Positions 43,789-58,100 of a stretch of 64,000 nucleotides of DNA are shown one piece after another. Below the pieces are notes generated by a model. It did no database searches. It was not told the origin of the DNA and was given only the letters and a program-made list of their open reading frames with translations. Origin of the DNA: Podarcis pityusensis. Lineage: Eukaryota. The stretch's first letter is position 1. Each line of letters opens with the position of its first letter. A program made the position numbers and the translations under genes. The DNA lies in NCBI GenBank assembly GCA_964106645.2, contig OZ067051.1; one strand, 5' to 3'.

Positions 43789-46700
43789 AGAAACTCTGCT
43801 TCCTCACCTTCAGCAGATCATCCTCACTGGCGTCAGGAAATTTTTCGTGTAGTGAATCTTTCAAGACCTTGGCAATGAAGCGCATGCCATAGCTGTAGAG
43901 GGAGAACAAGGCCGTGAATGAGGAAAGAGGCGGAGAGAAGCTTAGAAGGACCCTCCTCCTCCTGCATCTGCCCGAGGGGCAGCTTGGGACACTCACGGGA
44001 TTTTCTCCAGGGAGCCGATAATGGCCAGCAGAAACTTGTCGGTGATGGCCCGCATGTTCTTGATGGAGGCATCCAGGCGCGTCTTGACCTCCTCGTGGGC
44101 CAGGGCTTGCTCCGGTGTGACGTCGTAGGGCAGCTTACTGTCAAGGAAAGGCGGGTGAGTGGTGGGAAGTGTCGGCTGGAGGGTGCTGCCGCTTGCATCC
44201 CCCTCTTAGCCCTCCAGCTTATGCTGGACAGACACAACAAACAGCACATGTGCATAAACAGCCACCTGGATCCTACCCAGGGGGCACCTGGTGACAGATC
44301 AGCCCTATTTGAGGTGGGGGGTGGGGAGAGAGAAAGGCCCGCAGGTATGGGCTCTAAGGGAGTCTTCTGTCCCAATCATCCTTCCCACAGGACGGTGGGT
44401 GGCAGGTAGCCCAGAGGGCGGGGCGGGGGGGGACATAGGGAGTCCAGCAGGAGCTTTGGGTTTTGAGGTCTTTGCCGACATTCCTCTCCTATGACCATCT
44501 GACCCTTGATAAATGCCCCCAAAGCAGAAGGGAGGAATGAATGAAGCAGCTTTCTATATCGCTCTTTACTGAGAACATGGTTTTTAAAAAATGGCTCTAA
44601 ACCTTTTGCCAGGTTCAGCTCACCTTTGTGCCCTGGAATGACTACATGACCTTTCCTAAGGCCATGACTGTGAGGCCTCCAGGTCTAAACATTTAATCTT
44701 ATGTATCAGTGAATGGAATCTATTTTTAAAACTTTCGAGGGGAAAAAGGAACTTTTCAGATACAAGCCGCCACAAAACGTGAAAATCCAAATGAGGATGT
44801 GTCTCTCTCTCCCCTGAAAAACGTCCAGACCTTTTTTTGGTACCTCCTGTGAGCATGAACAGCCCCTCATACCTGGCCTCTCCGGTCTGCGACTCCATCT
44901 GGTTGACCCAGGACTTGTAGATGTCCACTGGATCAGTTTTAATATTGAGAGATTTGTCCTCCATGATCTCCTTCACAACCGGGGCCAGGATCTGCCTCAA
45001 GGTGTTCTGTCCACGAGCACCACGGTTGAAGCTCACCACCATCTTGATCACTGTGGGGTTTCCCGTCACAATCTCTTGAAGCTGATCCACCTTTGATCTG
45101 GAAGAAGGCGAGAAAGGTTTGCTGGAAACACATGTGGATGAAAACCAGCTCACTTTCCCAGCAGAAGATGCTGGTACCCAAGCCCAGAGGGTGGCCTTCC
45201 AATTTTCATACTTCTCTTTCATACATTCCTGTTGTTGTTGTTGTTGTCTTCATCCTCAGGTTTTCAGATCCAGCTTTTGTTTGCAGGTTGTTTCAGAACC
45301 TTCAACCAGGAGGAGTTTCCTCCCCGCCTCTTCTATTAGTCAATGGCCGCCCAGCCAGCCTCCCACAAAGAGGGAAGCACAAGTACCTCTGTCTGTCTAT
45401 CTATATCCAATTTATATACCACCCTTCATCACAAAATCTCAGGGTGGTGCACTTATTCCAATGTGAAAGGGGCCCCCACACCACTATAACTGAGAATGCA
45501 AAGTCAGGGGAAAAGCAATGTTTTTCTTTTTGAGTATTTCAATTTAATAGTTTAAATAGCTTAATTGCTCCTCCCCTTACAACCACATGCAAGCATTTAC
45601 TGCTGACCACATGGCAAACTCATGCTTGGCCTTCCAACTTGGGAGCCAAAAGTGACAGCAGGAACCAGAAGACCAAAGAAAGCTGCCCTCTGTGACAGGC
45701 ATCTGGGCTCCACAACTCCCCATGGTAGCCAAGGGCTGCACCTCTACATAAAAAATGAGAGCCCAAAGCGCGATGAACAGCTGTAGCCAACAGCTGTCTT
45801 TACGCCCCATGCAGCCCCTGAGAGTTAAAGGTTCCCGACCCACGTACTTGATCTCCTCCTGCAGCGCAGTCTTGAAGAGGCGCAGCAACAGGTACTCCTC
45901 CCGCTGGTTGGAGGCATAGTTGTACAGCGTGAAGATGACAGAGTCCATGAATTTTGTGGATTTGTTCTGGGGCATTTGGAAAATCAGCTTAGCCAGGTAA
46001 GTGGGGTTAGTCTGCAGCGAAACAAGGAGAGGATCATGGAGAGCAGTTCACGGACAGGAGAGAAGGAGAGAAGACAAAGGGTCACCTCCCGCTACAGCTC
46101 CTCCTCTCTCCTCACCTGCAGCAAGTAGAAGAGGTGCTGATAGGCCTCCAGCTTCTCCCTCTTCTCTTTGCTCAGAGCCTTCAAGCCTCCCCTTTGCTTG
46201 TTCAACATCATCATGTCCGAGAGCTGCTCCTTATTCTTCTTGGTAAGCTTCTTGCTGTGAGACACGACATCCTGCAGCGAGGAGGGAAGGGCAGAGGGGA
46301 ATTCAGAGCCTGTGCTTAGCATCCCATCCTTTCCCTGGGACCCTGGCCTTGTCTCCTGCTGCTGACTCTCCAGGTGGGAGGTCGGGGTTGGCCACGAGAA
46401 TGAACATTTGATCCAAGAGTAGACTTTGGCAGACTTGGAAATACTGGCTAGCACCCTTCTGGCCCTCAAATCCAAGTTTTCCTTACCTGCTGAGCAGTAT
46501 CAGTAGATCTATCAATCATTGAAATGGAAATATTGGGACAGAAAAAGAACAAAGATGCTTACCAAAGCTACATAAGGCAATAGCTGAATTGGGGGATTTG
46601 GATTGTTCGGGGCCTCTTATCTTCGCAGATACACAACCCACCATATTCAGAGACACAGGATACCCCCGACCGTCACGTTATGTGGATGTGGCCATCTTTC

Positions 46701-49700
46701 TCATCAGCCATAGGACAACTGACGGATAACTGATCTGGTCTGGCAGGGAAATTATTGACGAGAGGGAACTGTTGCTTTATGAGCTCTAACCTTCAGTGGC
46801 TACTAACAAAAACCTTCAGAGCCCGCCATACACAACTGTGTCCTTGTTGCTTGAGGAGAACTTGGCAAGGGGGATTGCTCCCCTCCCAGATTATACCTGC
46901 AGCGTGATTTTGTTCTTCACCAGCAAGCCAATTTTTATGTCCATGAGGTTGAGGTCATTCTCCAGCTGCTGATTGGAGCGGATCAAGGTCACGACCTCCT
47001 CACGCAGCTTCATCACGTCCAGTTCCTCTTGGAAATCTTGATCGCTCTGATCCAGCAAGTGCACAAACTTCCGGACAACCGCCATCGGGGGGTCTTCAGC
47101 ATTGACTGTGGAGGGAAAGACGCCAGCCAAGGAATGGTGACAAATGCTGATGGCACAAAAGGAGCAGGCCTTTCATTTATTTTCACGAGAGAATTGCTCT
47201 TTCTTGTGTACATAAGAAGCAGACAGACTGAAAGGAAAGAACCCAAACCCCTCCATTTTGCCCCGTTTTGAAGGGGAGGGAGGGAGTGGGGAGGTCCAAG
47301 GAGCCAAGGCAGGCTCTCAGCAGAAACAGGACAGGCAAGTGAAGCAATCCACTTCTTAATAAGCTTTGGCGAGGTCACATGCCAAACCCACTTCCATAAC
47401 CAAAATAGCTAGGGCCGAATATTGCCATGGTTACCTCACAATGCCAGTTACAGAGAAAAAGCTTCCACTGAGTCGCTTTGTCCCCTTATGTCCCCTGTGG
47501 GACAACTGGATTGTAGGAAACCAATGAAAAATGGCAGCCTTCCTGCTTGCCACAACAGTCCCTTCTTGGGCAGTTTCAGGACATGGGCCTCCCTTCCTGC
47601 CAATACTCACTCAGCGTCTTGTAGTCATCGCGAGCTTTATTGGCACGGATGAAGGCCTGGATCTTCACAATGTCATTGATCTAGCCAAGAGACAAAAGCA
47701 AACCCTTTGCCATCCTGTGCTTTCATCTACGCCCCTCCACCCCTGGATGTCACTGGACTGCAACCTCCACGATCATCATCATGACTGACACCACTATTAT
47801 CCATTGGCCCTGCTGGTCACCAGGGCTGATGGGAGGGAATCCAGCAATCCCAGGTGCCCCACCTGCAGTGCACTTACATGATCCCGGAAGTACTGCAGCC
47901 GACCTCGGTACCGTTTCCGGGCCTGGTACATCCTGGTCATGGCTTGAATCTGTGGAAGATGGAAAAAATTGAAAATGGGTGCTCCACTAAACTGAGTAGG
48001 GGGGAAAGGAGAGAGAATGGGGCTCTGGGACCTCCTGCTTTCTGGCAGAGAAGGGTAGGTGGAGCCCCTGGTTTTGTATCCTCATCCTGGTTGCACGTGG
48101 GTCAGATGAAGCCCCCTCCTTTGCTCTCCTTACATTGCCAGGTGAGGTGACAATCCATGGCTGAGCTTTCCAATCTTGGCACACCATGCACCAGGAGATG
48201 CATGGGAAAGGAGGGAAAGGAGGCTTCAAAGCAGGTGACCTAGTCATTTGCTAAGAGGTTACTGTGGACACATTTGGGAAGGAGTAGGCCTGAGTAGTGC
48301 TTGGCCCTACCAAGGGGATGCTGTTTTTGTTTTGCCTGCAGGCACCATGGCAGTGAGGAAGAGGAAAGCAGATGGCCGAAAGAGGAACAGGACCTTTTTT
48401 TCCTTTCCCCTTTTTTTTTGCAGGGGGTGGGGGAGAGTGAGAGGTTAACTGAGAGAGGCAAAGCAAGTAGAAGAAGATCAGGCAAAAGGGGATCAGGGCA
48501 GACAACCACTGCCGGCCTTTTTCTGGAAGAGACAAGGGAATATTGCTGGCCTCTTGTGAGAGGGTGGGGAAGCGAAGCAAGCACAGCCAAAGAGGAGGGG
48601 GCATGGCTTGGGGCTTGGTGGAAAGGCCCGGAAGGCTGGATTAGACCCATGGGCCAGAGGATCTCATATCAGGTCTGTTTGAAAGCAGAGGTTGCCAACT
48701 CTTTGGGGCTAGTGGGCACACAGGAATTTTGTGGCTGCTGGTTACAAAATGGCTGCTGCGAGGACATGGCCTAACATAAAATGGCCGCCACATCTAAAAG
48801 AGTGTGGGAAATTGTTGTCAAGCATAAATATGTATGTATAAGTGCTATTTAGAGTATGAAGGGATTAAGACCAGCCACTAGGAGTCCCAGAGGGCTTGGG
48901 CTGAGGCAAGGGAGGGGAAGGAGACCACTAGTTTTATCCATCCTGGAAAGATAGAGCAGGTGGGAGCGGGGTGAGGCTCCAATTTCAAAGCGCCTGACCT
49001 AGAAAGATAATTACCTTCACCGCTTCGTCCTTGTGGGCCTCCAAGTACTTCAGGCGGTCTTGATAGGCCTTTCGCTGCTTGTAGCCACGCCACTGAGACT
49101 GAAACCAAACCAAACACCAGGTTAGAGGCCTCCTTTGCCTGACTGCAACATCTTCTGTATGCTTTTGTACCCCCCCCCCCCACTTCCCTCCAGTCTGCAC
49201 CCCAAAACTGATCACAGCTGGGGACAGCCACTGCTTCTCTTTGCTCAGCTGCTGGACCAAAAGCAGCCTCTATTGAAAGCCAAACCACCTCAAAACAAGG
49301 GACTCTGAACAGAAACAGTGCCAAGAAGTGTGGCACCGTAATGAGCAGCAAACAGGAGCTGGGCTTTCAGCAGCATGGCCAGCTCTCTCCAAAGAGCCTC
49401 TGTCACCCAGATTTGAAAACAAGGAACCAAAATATCCACCACCCTTGCAACAGATCCCCCGGGGGAGCTTAAAGCTTAAACAACCTCACTCCCCTACCCC
49501 AGCAGGAAAGACAAAGAAACTCTTCCAAGCCAATGCTGGACTGTTCTCCTGCATGACTTGGTTGGGGCGAAAGAAGAGGGGACTAAGGGGGGCTGCATGG
49601 CCCTTTGCTTAGCTGCCCATCACTCTGGCACCAGAACTGGGCTCCTCAAATTCTCCACAGCCGTGAGGTACAGCCTGCAGAACATGGTATCCCCAGCCAG

Positions 49701-50449
49701 CAACCGCAAACAACAGAATGAGAACAAAAGGGTTGACTGTGGGAACCTTGAAGAAGCCCAGCCAACAGACCAAAGGAAGTTATGCCAAGTGGGTACCACC
49801 ACAGACCAGCCACTTTCCACATCCCTGACCCAGAGTTCCCCACCCTCAATGCCCACTCCCGGCAGCTCTTTGCTTTCTCTCCCCAAGTTCTCCCTGCCCT
49901 CCCACCACTAGTTCCCCCTGTACCTGGATGCAGGTGATGGCAGGAACTTGCTTCTTCAAGAAACGCATCCGGCCACTGAACTCCTGGCGGACAAGGTAGC
50001 CGCGGCAACAGGCCTGCAGCCTGGTAATCAGGTTCTCATTGGCCAGCCAGAGCTGCTCTCGGTTGTACGCGGCGGTGACGGCGGAGATGGAGCTCTAGAT
50101 CCCCGTTGGCCCAGGGAAAGGCAGAGGGGGGGGGCAGAGGAAAAAGGCCACACTCAGTACCTGGCCAAAAGGCAACCAACACCCATCCTTGCCCCAGAGG
50201 CAGGTCCCTTGACTCAGGGTGACCCAAGAGAACGGCCTTCATGGTGGAAGGAGTTGCTGCCTCTGATGGTCTGTCAGGTGCTCCCGGAATCACCTCAGGG
50301 AGTGTTTATTCACTGTACCTTCAGGGACCTTTTAACACATTGCCTTTGCTGCCCTTTTGCCACTGTGTAGGGGTACTACCAGGTTTTAATGTCATTTTAA
50401 TATTTTGCTAATATAATTGTATTTTATGGTTTTTGTCTGGAATGTAAAC

Positions 50450-50489
<40 letters not shown>

Positions 50490-52069
50490 GCTCCTGAAGT
50501 TTATGCCATAATACATTTTTTTGTGTTTAAGGTACTACGAGGCTATTCTTTTTGCTGCAACTATCTCATATAGCTACTACCTTACAATTTTCCAGGCATT
50601 GTGCCAAGATTAGAAAAGCAGGCTGTGCCCACAGGCTTACAATCTAATAGACTTGGCACAAAAGGAAAATGGGATGGGGAGGGAGGAGAAAAACCAGCAA
50701 ACCTAAGACCCATTGCTAAAGTTACATAATAGCTTTTATAATGAGCAGCTGGAAGGGAGGGGAAGAACCAAATGGCAGGTGGTATTCCTGCCAAGTCAAA
50801 GAAGTGGGTCCCACTTCTCCACTCCTATCATAGTTCTGTTTTAAAGAAATAGCGAGAAGAAATCTTGCAGCAGAAGCACCCAAAGCTGCCCCCTGAAGTC
50901 ATAAAGGGCCTTGCACATGTCAGTGACTGAGCAAAGGAAATCAAGGATCACTTGAGAGGGGGCAAAACAAACCTGATACCCTGTGATGACACCCCTCCCT
51001 TGCACTGACCAGGTCAAGAGGCACTTGGCCCTGATTTGGTGGTGCTGAGGACTAGAGGAGGTGGCACATGCTCAACATACCTGGATATCCTCTCGGGAGA
51101 GCTGTGTGTTATTTGGCACAAATCCTCCCTGGGGCTCTTCCCAGCTTCCTTCTTTGGTCCTCAGGTTATGGTAATAATGGTAGCCACCCTTCACCCAGTG
51201 CTTCACCCACTCACTGCCGTTGTCTCCTGGAAGAAATGGGATGTCGTGGGGAGGGGGACAAAGAAGCCCTTCTTCTCTGCCTCCGTGAGGAGGAACCGTG
51301 GGGCTCTGTGGCACAATGTGTGCAGACACTGCCAGGCAAGTACTCTGGTAGGAGCAGAGTGGGGAGAGGAGGCAAAGCTGGCCTGGATGGCCAAAGACAG
51401 CCTAGCTGTGAACACAGCCTCTCCCCTCCGCCAGTCCAGGCCCATGCAGACCACAGCCCCCATTCCTCTCCAGCCCCCGCCTTCACCTGCTGCCAGTTTC
51501 GTCCTCTTGACTTCCGCCAGCTCCTGCTGGTACGTGTCTGCACACTCTGGGGTCACGCCATACAGCCCTACGTCAGCTGAACGCAGGCAGCCCAGGGTTA
51601 CCCCAATATCTCCTTGGTCCACTGCCTCGTTGATGGCCAGGATTCCTACGGCAACTGAGATAAAAGCAAGAGAAGCCCTTGCAACCTCTGCAGAGACACA
51701 GGCCAAAACACAGGGAGAGGGTGGAGGGGAGTCTGAGTGACCACAAAAATAAACGTCTCCACCTCCATCGTTCTGCCCGGACACTGAGGTCCAGCGCCGA
51801 GGGCCTTCTGGCGGTTCCCTCGCTGCGAGAAGCCAAGTTACAGGGAACCAGGCAGAGGGCCTTCTCGGTAGTGGCACCCGCCCTGTAGAATGCCCTCCCA
51901 CCAGATGTCAAAGAGAAAAATAACTACCAAACTTTTAGAAGACATCTGAAGGCAGCCCTGTTTAGGGAAGCTTTTAATGTTTGATGTATTACTGTATTTT
52001 AATATTTGGTTGGAAGCCGCCCAGAGTGGCTGGGGAAGCCCAGCCAGATGGGCGGGGTATAAATAATAA

Positions 52070-52113
<44 letters not shown>

Positions 52114-55100
52114 ACACCACAGTGAACACTGGCCATTTTACAAGGAGATCTCAGGCTACTGACTTAGACTTGCAACCTCCCAAGAGACGAAACAGAGACA
52201 TCCTTGATCCCTAGGGCTAAAATGACCCTAATGCCAGTTGGGTATTAGGAAGCAGGCTTCTGGGAAGTGTGACCAAGAGAAATGCCAGTGTCCAAACAAA
52301 CAGAACCTGCTTCCCACCCCACTGGCATGGTTGCATCTTTAGATGGGAACAGAGATTGGAGCCCCCCCCCCCAAAAGAAACCCGCTGAAAAGATGACAGG
52401 GAGACTCACAGCGCTGGGCTTCCTCTGTGTCCCTGTTTGACTGGAGAACACCCCCCTGGATTTCATCCAGCCAGAGGACAGCTGTTTCATCACGAGTTTC
52501 CTGAAAGCAAAGCAAAGCAAGGTTCATCCCCAGCAGAGAAACTGAAGCCAAACAGAAGAGAGGATGTCATACCGAGGGGAGGGGCAAAAGGCCTACTTTG
52601 CCTCTCAATCTTCCCAGCCCACTCCAGTCTCAGCCAGTCCAATTTAGACATGCTAGATGACTGGCGTGCAAAGCAACATTTGCCTCCACCTACAGACTGG
52701 CTCAGTTTTAAACTAAAATCCATTTATCTAAATGGTACACAGTCCAGCTTGCCTCTGATGAAGCACTGATGAAGAGTGAAATACTCGCTTCGAAAGGGAT
52801 GGTGGCAGCTCCTACCATTATCCCTGACCATCGGCCTTGCTGGAAGTTGGAGTCCAACAGTATCCCTAGGGCACCATATTGGCTACCCCTTGCTCTAAGT
52901 GGGTGGAAGGAGATTGGCCGGGTCTCTGCCTCCCCTGCCCTCAGAGAACCAGAAATTTTCCTGATGGGCCAAACGAGACTCAACAGAAGCTCATGAACAT
53001 AAAGGGGGCTGGGGACAAGCAATGCTATTAATAAACATCAACATTGCATACAAGTGTCTTATTGATGGGCCAAAGAGGACCCCAAAGCTGCAGCAGAAGT
53101 TGCACACCTTGTCAGTGCACAGACAGGAGGCCACTTAAAGGCCTCTGAGAGCCAACAGAGGCATCACTGCCATCCTCCCTAGGCGCCAAAGGATGGCCCA
53201 GGTTATCTGGCCTGACCCCGCTAAAGTATGGGGCTGTGGAACGCTCTCAGCGGAGGAGTCAGACAGTGAAAACCTCCCCACCCCTGGATGCAGGGAGGGA
53301 TGCCCGACGCACCTGAGCTTTCTCCCTCTTGGTGCGGAGCAGCACATCTTGGTAATGCTGTGCTACTTTGGGGGTGACCCCCTCCAGCTTTGCTGCAGGA
53401 ATCTGCAGTGCCTGCAAGGTCTTCCTCGCATCTCCTTCGTCCAAAGCCTCATTGATGAGCCCGATTGCCAAGATCCCTGGAGCAAACAGGACAGAAAGGA
53501 AGGATGAAGGCAGGGGGATCTCTAGGGGCACATGAGGCACCCCCCCGGTAGGCCTTCTGCTCCTGCTCTCTGCTGGCCCACACACTGCAACTGTTAGGCC
53601 AGGCACCTGAGGACGAGGCAAGGAAAGGAAGGGAAAAGCACTCCCCAGTTTACTGAAAGGGCTGAGGGAGCAGCCAGGGTTGACTGGGAGAGCCCACAGA
53701 GGGGAGCAAGCAGGGAGGGCTGACTTTGCCGTTTATTCCCTCTAAAGGCTTATATGCCACCCTTTAGGGAAACGACTTTCCCAAGGTGGCTTTCATGCAG
53801 TATTAAAATATAAAACAAATTACAAAAGTCATATAATAGCCCTAAATATGAATTTATAGAGCTACAGAAGACGTTGTAAAAACCATACACCAGCCATAAA
53901 AACCCTAATCGGAATGGCTGAGTTCAAGGCAGCTAAAGCCTGACAAGGCCTCTAGCATCTTGTTCCTCAGAGCAACGGAAGCACCTGCTGAACACAAGAG
54001 ATGCTGGACCCTGGAGGAGCTGCCTCCCTCTGATGAGACCCACTTCACCCTTGCTGACGTTCCCGGGCTGAAGGAGGTCCTCCCATTCTCCTGCCCCTGA
54101 GGAGGAGGAGCACCGTCTCCTCCCTCAAGGGAGACACTGACCTCACCCTAACAGAGGCCGAGTGCACAGGGAAGACAAGATGGGCCAGACTTTTGACAGC
54201 ACATCCTGGCATGCTGTCTTGCCTGGTTAGCATCCCAAGTGTTTGGGGTTGCACCGTGTTATTTTCAGCCCACAACTTCCTGTTGATCTGATACTTTTAT
54301 AGATAAGGCAACCACCTGACTAACCTATGACAGTCTGGGCTAGAAAACTGCCTTGCGTGGCCACCAATTGAACTAGCCATTGGCCACGCAAAAGACACAC
54401 ACTCCACCTCTGAATATGCCCTTCTGTGCTTTGCTGCCTTCGCATCCATTCCCAGAATGGCGCCTTGATTTCACCAGTGATCTCAGGCTCGCTAAGAAGT
54501 CCTGCGCACCCAGTCATGGCACCAACAGGACCAATGCAGGGCTTTCGGATCCCAAGCCACCAACTAGCCCTGATGGGGCTTGGACGGAGGCTTGGGCAAC
54601 AAGGGCGTCGTCCCCCCCCCCCGGGAAGTTTCCACACCCCAAGAGCCACTTACGCTCATGCTCTTCGTGCACTGCCACGTTCACCCGGTCAACGCACGAC
54701 TGGATGTCATTCCAGGTGATGAACTCGGCCCCTTCGCTCCGTGCCTGACTCTTCAGCTTCAGCAAGTCCTCAATGTATCTGCCGAGAGTCAAGACAGCAC
54801 ACGTCAAGGGGCTGGCCGCTGAGAGAACAAAACATGAAGACACAGGCAAGGCCAGAGGAGATGAAGGAAGCAGAAGGCCTGTGCAAAAGGCACCATATTC
54901 CCAGTGGCAATGATCTGGAGCACATGAATGCAAAGGGGTTTGCCTGCAGGAAACCCTTCAAGACCTGCTCCCCTGGCCTAACCCTCAGGTTCCAAAAGCC
55001 AGAACCTCAAAAGGGGCTCTCACAGGCCACAACTGTCCAATCACTATTTCTACCCCACTTCCCGGAAACCACTTGTCACTTCCTTCCTACTGGCCATTGG

Positions 55101-58100
55101 AGGTGCTGTTGGGCCCTCTGGTCCATCCCCAGAGCCTCCATTTGGGACTCAGAGGACTCTGGATCACGATGCCAGAGGGCCTAACAGGTCCCATTTCCTT
55201 TGTCTCCTCCCATTTCAGCCATCTTGAGCTGCTGCTGCTGCCGCAGGAGCACTTGGCCCTTCTCAAGAGAGAAAGGCTGGTGGGTGTGTTGTGGAGTGGG
55301 GTGGGGTGGGGGTCTGACCTCTGGGAGTTTTCATCCTCGACATTTGTCAGACCCGTCACTGAGCTGCTCAGCTGCTTCCAGACCATGTTGACATCCCCGG
55401 AGTCCAGAGCTCGGTTGATGAGGGCCACTGAAGAGAGCATCTCCACAGCCACCGACAGTTCTGGGTGTGTGAGGTGACCCTGAGGAGACAGAGAAAGAGG
55501 ACCATGCTGACCACACAAAGTGAGGAAAGGGAGCCTGGGAAAGGAGGTCTGGACTGCAAGGCCTCAGGGGTGATGGTACTGGCTAAACTCCACTGGCAGA
55601 ATGTCCGGGGGGGGGGGGAGGGATCTGGGTCTGGGTCAACAATTTCAAGGTTCTTATCATTTCTTCCTCTCTCTGAGCAAAAGAAGCATTCTGCAATATC
55701 CCTGGAAGGCCAGGCTGAAAGCCTGACCTGGAGGGATCTACTTGTGCACATTAAGTAGGCACGGACAAGAGGAAAAAGCGCAGATCACATCGGCCAAAGT
55801 ACCAGAGGTATTTCAGAAGCAAATGGTAGGAGAAAACCTCAGCACCACACCCCCCCCACCGCACCGCCAAGTTCAGCCAGCCAGCCAAGCAGCGCTCCTG
55901 CCCCCGGGGCCAGGCACAGCCAAGCACAGCTTGATCCACCTTCCCCAAATGCTCATCCCAGCATGAAGTCCCAGCGATGCTGCAGGAGGAGAGAAGGATG
56001 AAGGTGCCCCTGGGAGGCAGAGTGGCCGGCATGCTTGTGAATGTAGCTCATGGAAGAGCTTCTTGTCAAGTTCACATCCTGCACGGGTCATGTTCCTCAC
56101 TGCATACACATGCAATAGGGAGCCACAGCCAGCTCCTTGACTCATGGTGGAAAACATGCATTTCTCACGGATGCACACAGCCCTGGCAGGAATGCCCAAA
56201 CAACGTCTCACAAGGGCACCTTAAAAGCAAACCATCAGCAAAAGCCTTCAAGGGACTTACGTCCGGACTCTGCTGCTGCAGGGTGGCCAGTTCCTTCTGG
56301 TACAGCTCAGCAGCAAACGGATAGACTGGAGGCAGCTGGGCCTCGGGGTTCATCAGTTCCACCACTGTCTTCTCAGCGAGGCCGTTGCGGATGGCTGTGT
56401 TGATCCTCCCCACAGCTGCCAATCCTGAGAGCCCAAGGAGAGAGGATGAAGCTTTTGCTCCCCTGGAGGCTGCTGGGCGTACCAGCATTTCCAGGAGCAA
56501 GCCAGGTGCACCAAGAAGAATAACAGTGATGACATGTTGCTGACCCCCGAGAGCAACTCCTAGGGAGGATGCCAGGCTGACCTGCTTCTTCCTCTTCCAA
56601 ATGGACAGAGGTGAAAAGAGGATCTGGCTGCTTCAAGCAGCGGACAGCAAAGCACCATGCCTTCCCCTCACAAGGAAACTGTCCACTTCAACCACAGCAG
56701 AGCCCAAGGCAACAGGTTCCTTTGGGGCTGCAGGACTGCTTTTTTCACAACAGGGACAATGCTTCACCTGAGGTTCCTCCCTCAGGGAGTGATGTAGTGG
56801 GAGGGAAGGACTTGACCCCACCCAGCAGTGGGGAAAAGATGCCCAAGGGCACCTGGGCCACAGGGGAGGGGAAATGGAAGGGTGTGTCAGCCACAGCTGC
56901 ATTAAACAAATGAAGGTAGGAGAAGATGAGGAGGGGATTAATGAAGAAAGAAAGAGTGAGATGGCGTGTTCTTAATGGGAGGAAAAGTGAAGCTGGGGAG
57001 GTTGCTCTCACGGCAGTCACAAGAAAACTGGGTGGGAGGACAGCCCCCTGCCCAGACACCCCTCAGAACCTGCAGGAAGGGAGTGCGGAGGGGTGAAGAG
57101 AGGACTTGCTTTCCAGTTGAAGCACAAGAAAGGCCTGCCCTGTCCAGCTGCAAAACCCAAACTGCAGGGGCCCCACGGAGGAGAACTTACTCTGCTGGTA
57201 CTGCTGAGCCATGCCATTTGCCACGTCCACCCCGGCCTGCAGCTCCTCCTTCTGCAAGGGCCCAGCTCTGCCGGCCTGAGGGGGGAAAGAGTAGACTTGT
57301 CTGCGCTGCCTCCAACAGCCCCGGCAGATCCAGAACCTCCCTTTATTTCCTTTCCGCTGACCCCCTTATTCATGACCGGGAACGTGGAGGAGGCGGCAGC
57401 AGCAGCAGCATTCTGTGCAACGCCTCCCACAATTCCCAGCGCTTGGCCGAACATGGAGAGCAGCAGCTGGGCAGTATCTCAAAGCAGAACAGGAAGTTTG
57501 CTCTTGGAGAAGAGACCAAGAATAGGTCAGGCGAATCGGATTAGGAAGCCAGTGGCCAATGGTGAACAAAAACTTAATAGTTGCTCAGGGCCACCATGTA
57601 TTCACGGGGTCTGTGTTGTTGGTCCTTAAGACATCCTGGGTCCCAACTGCACACCAGTGGAAGGAGCTCCTTGCAAGCCAGGCGCCAGGACCACCCACCT
57701 GCTGGCTCCCCTACCTCCAGCTTCTGCTGCTTGTCCCTCAGAAGCTGCTTCAGGTACCAGTCGCTATTCTCCGGCCGCAGCCCCCGGAGACCCAAGGCTG
57801 CCGATGACAGGACAGCGTACAATGCGGCAGGGTCTCCTTGGTCCAGAATCAGGTCGATCTTGGACAAAGCCGAGTGGGCTGAGGAGAGAGAGAAAGAGAA
57901 GGAAAGCTAGACGGAGCTGGCCTTGGGAAGGCCTCCTCAGGAGGGCTTCTTCACCTCCACCACCCCATGCAGAACCCCAAATGCTCCCCATGCCTGAGAT
58001 GTCCCAGAGCACAACAGAAGGTTCTAGAAGCCAGTGGGGGAGGGAGTGGCAATATGGACAGAGGATGGTCTCTCCTGGCACTTTGCCTCCCCCGTCCTGC

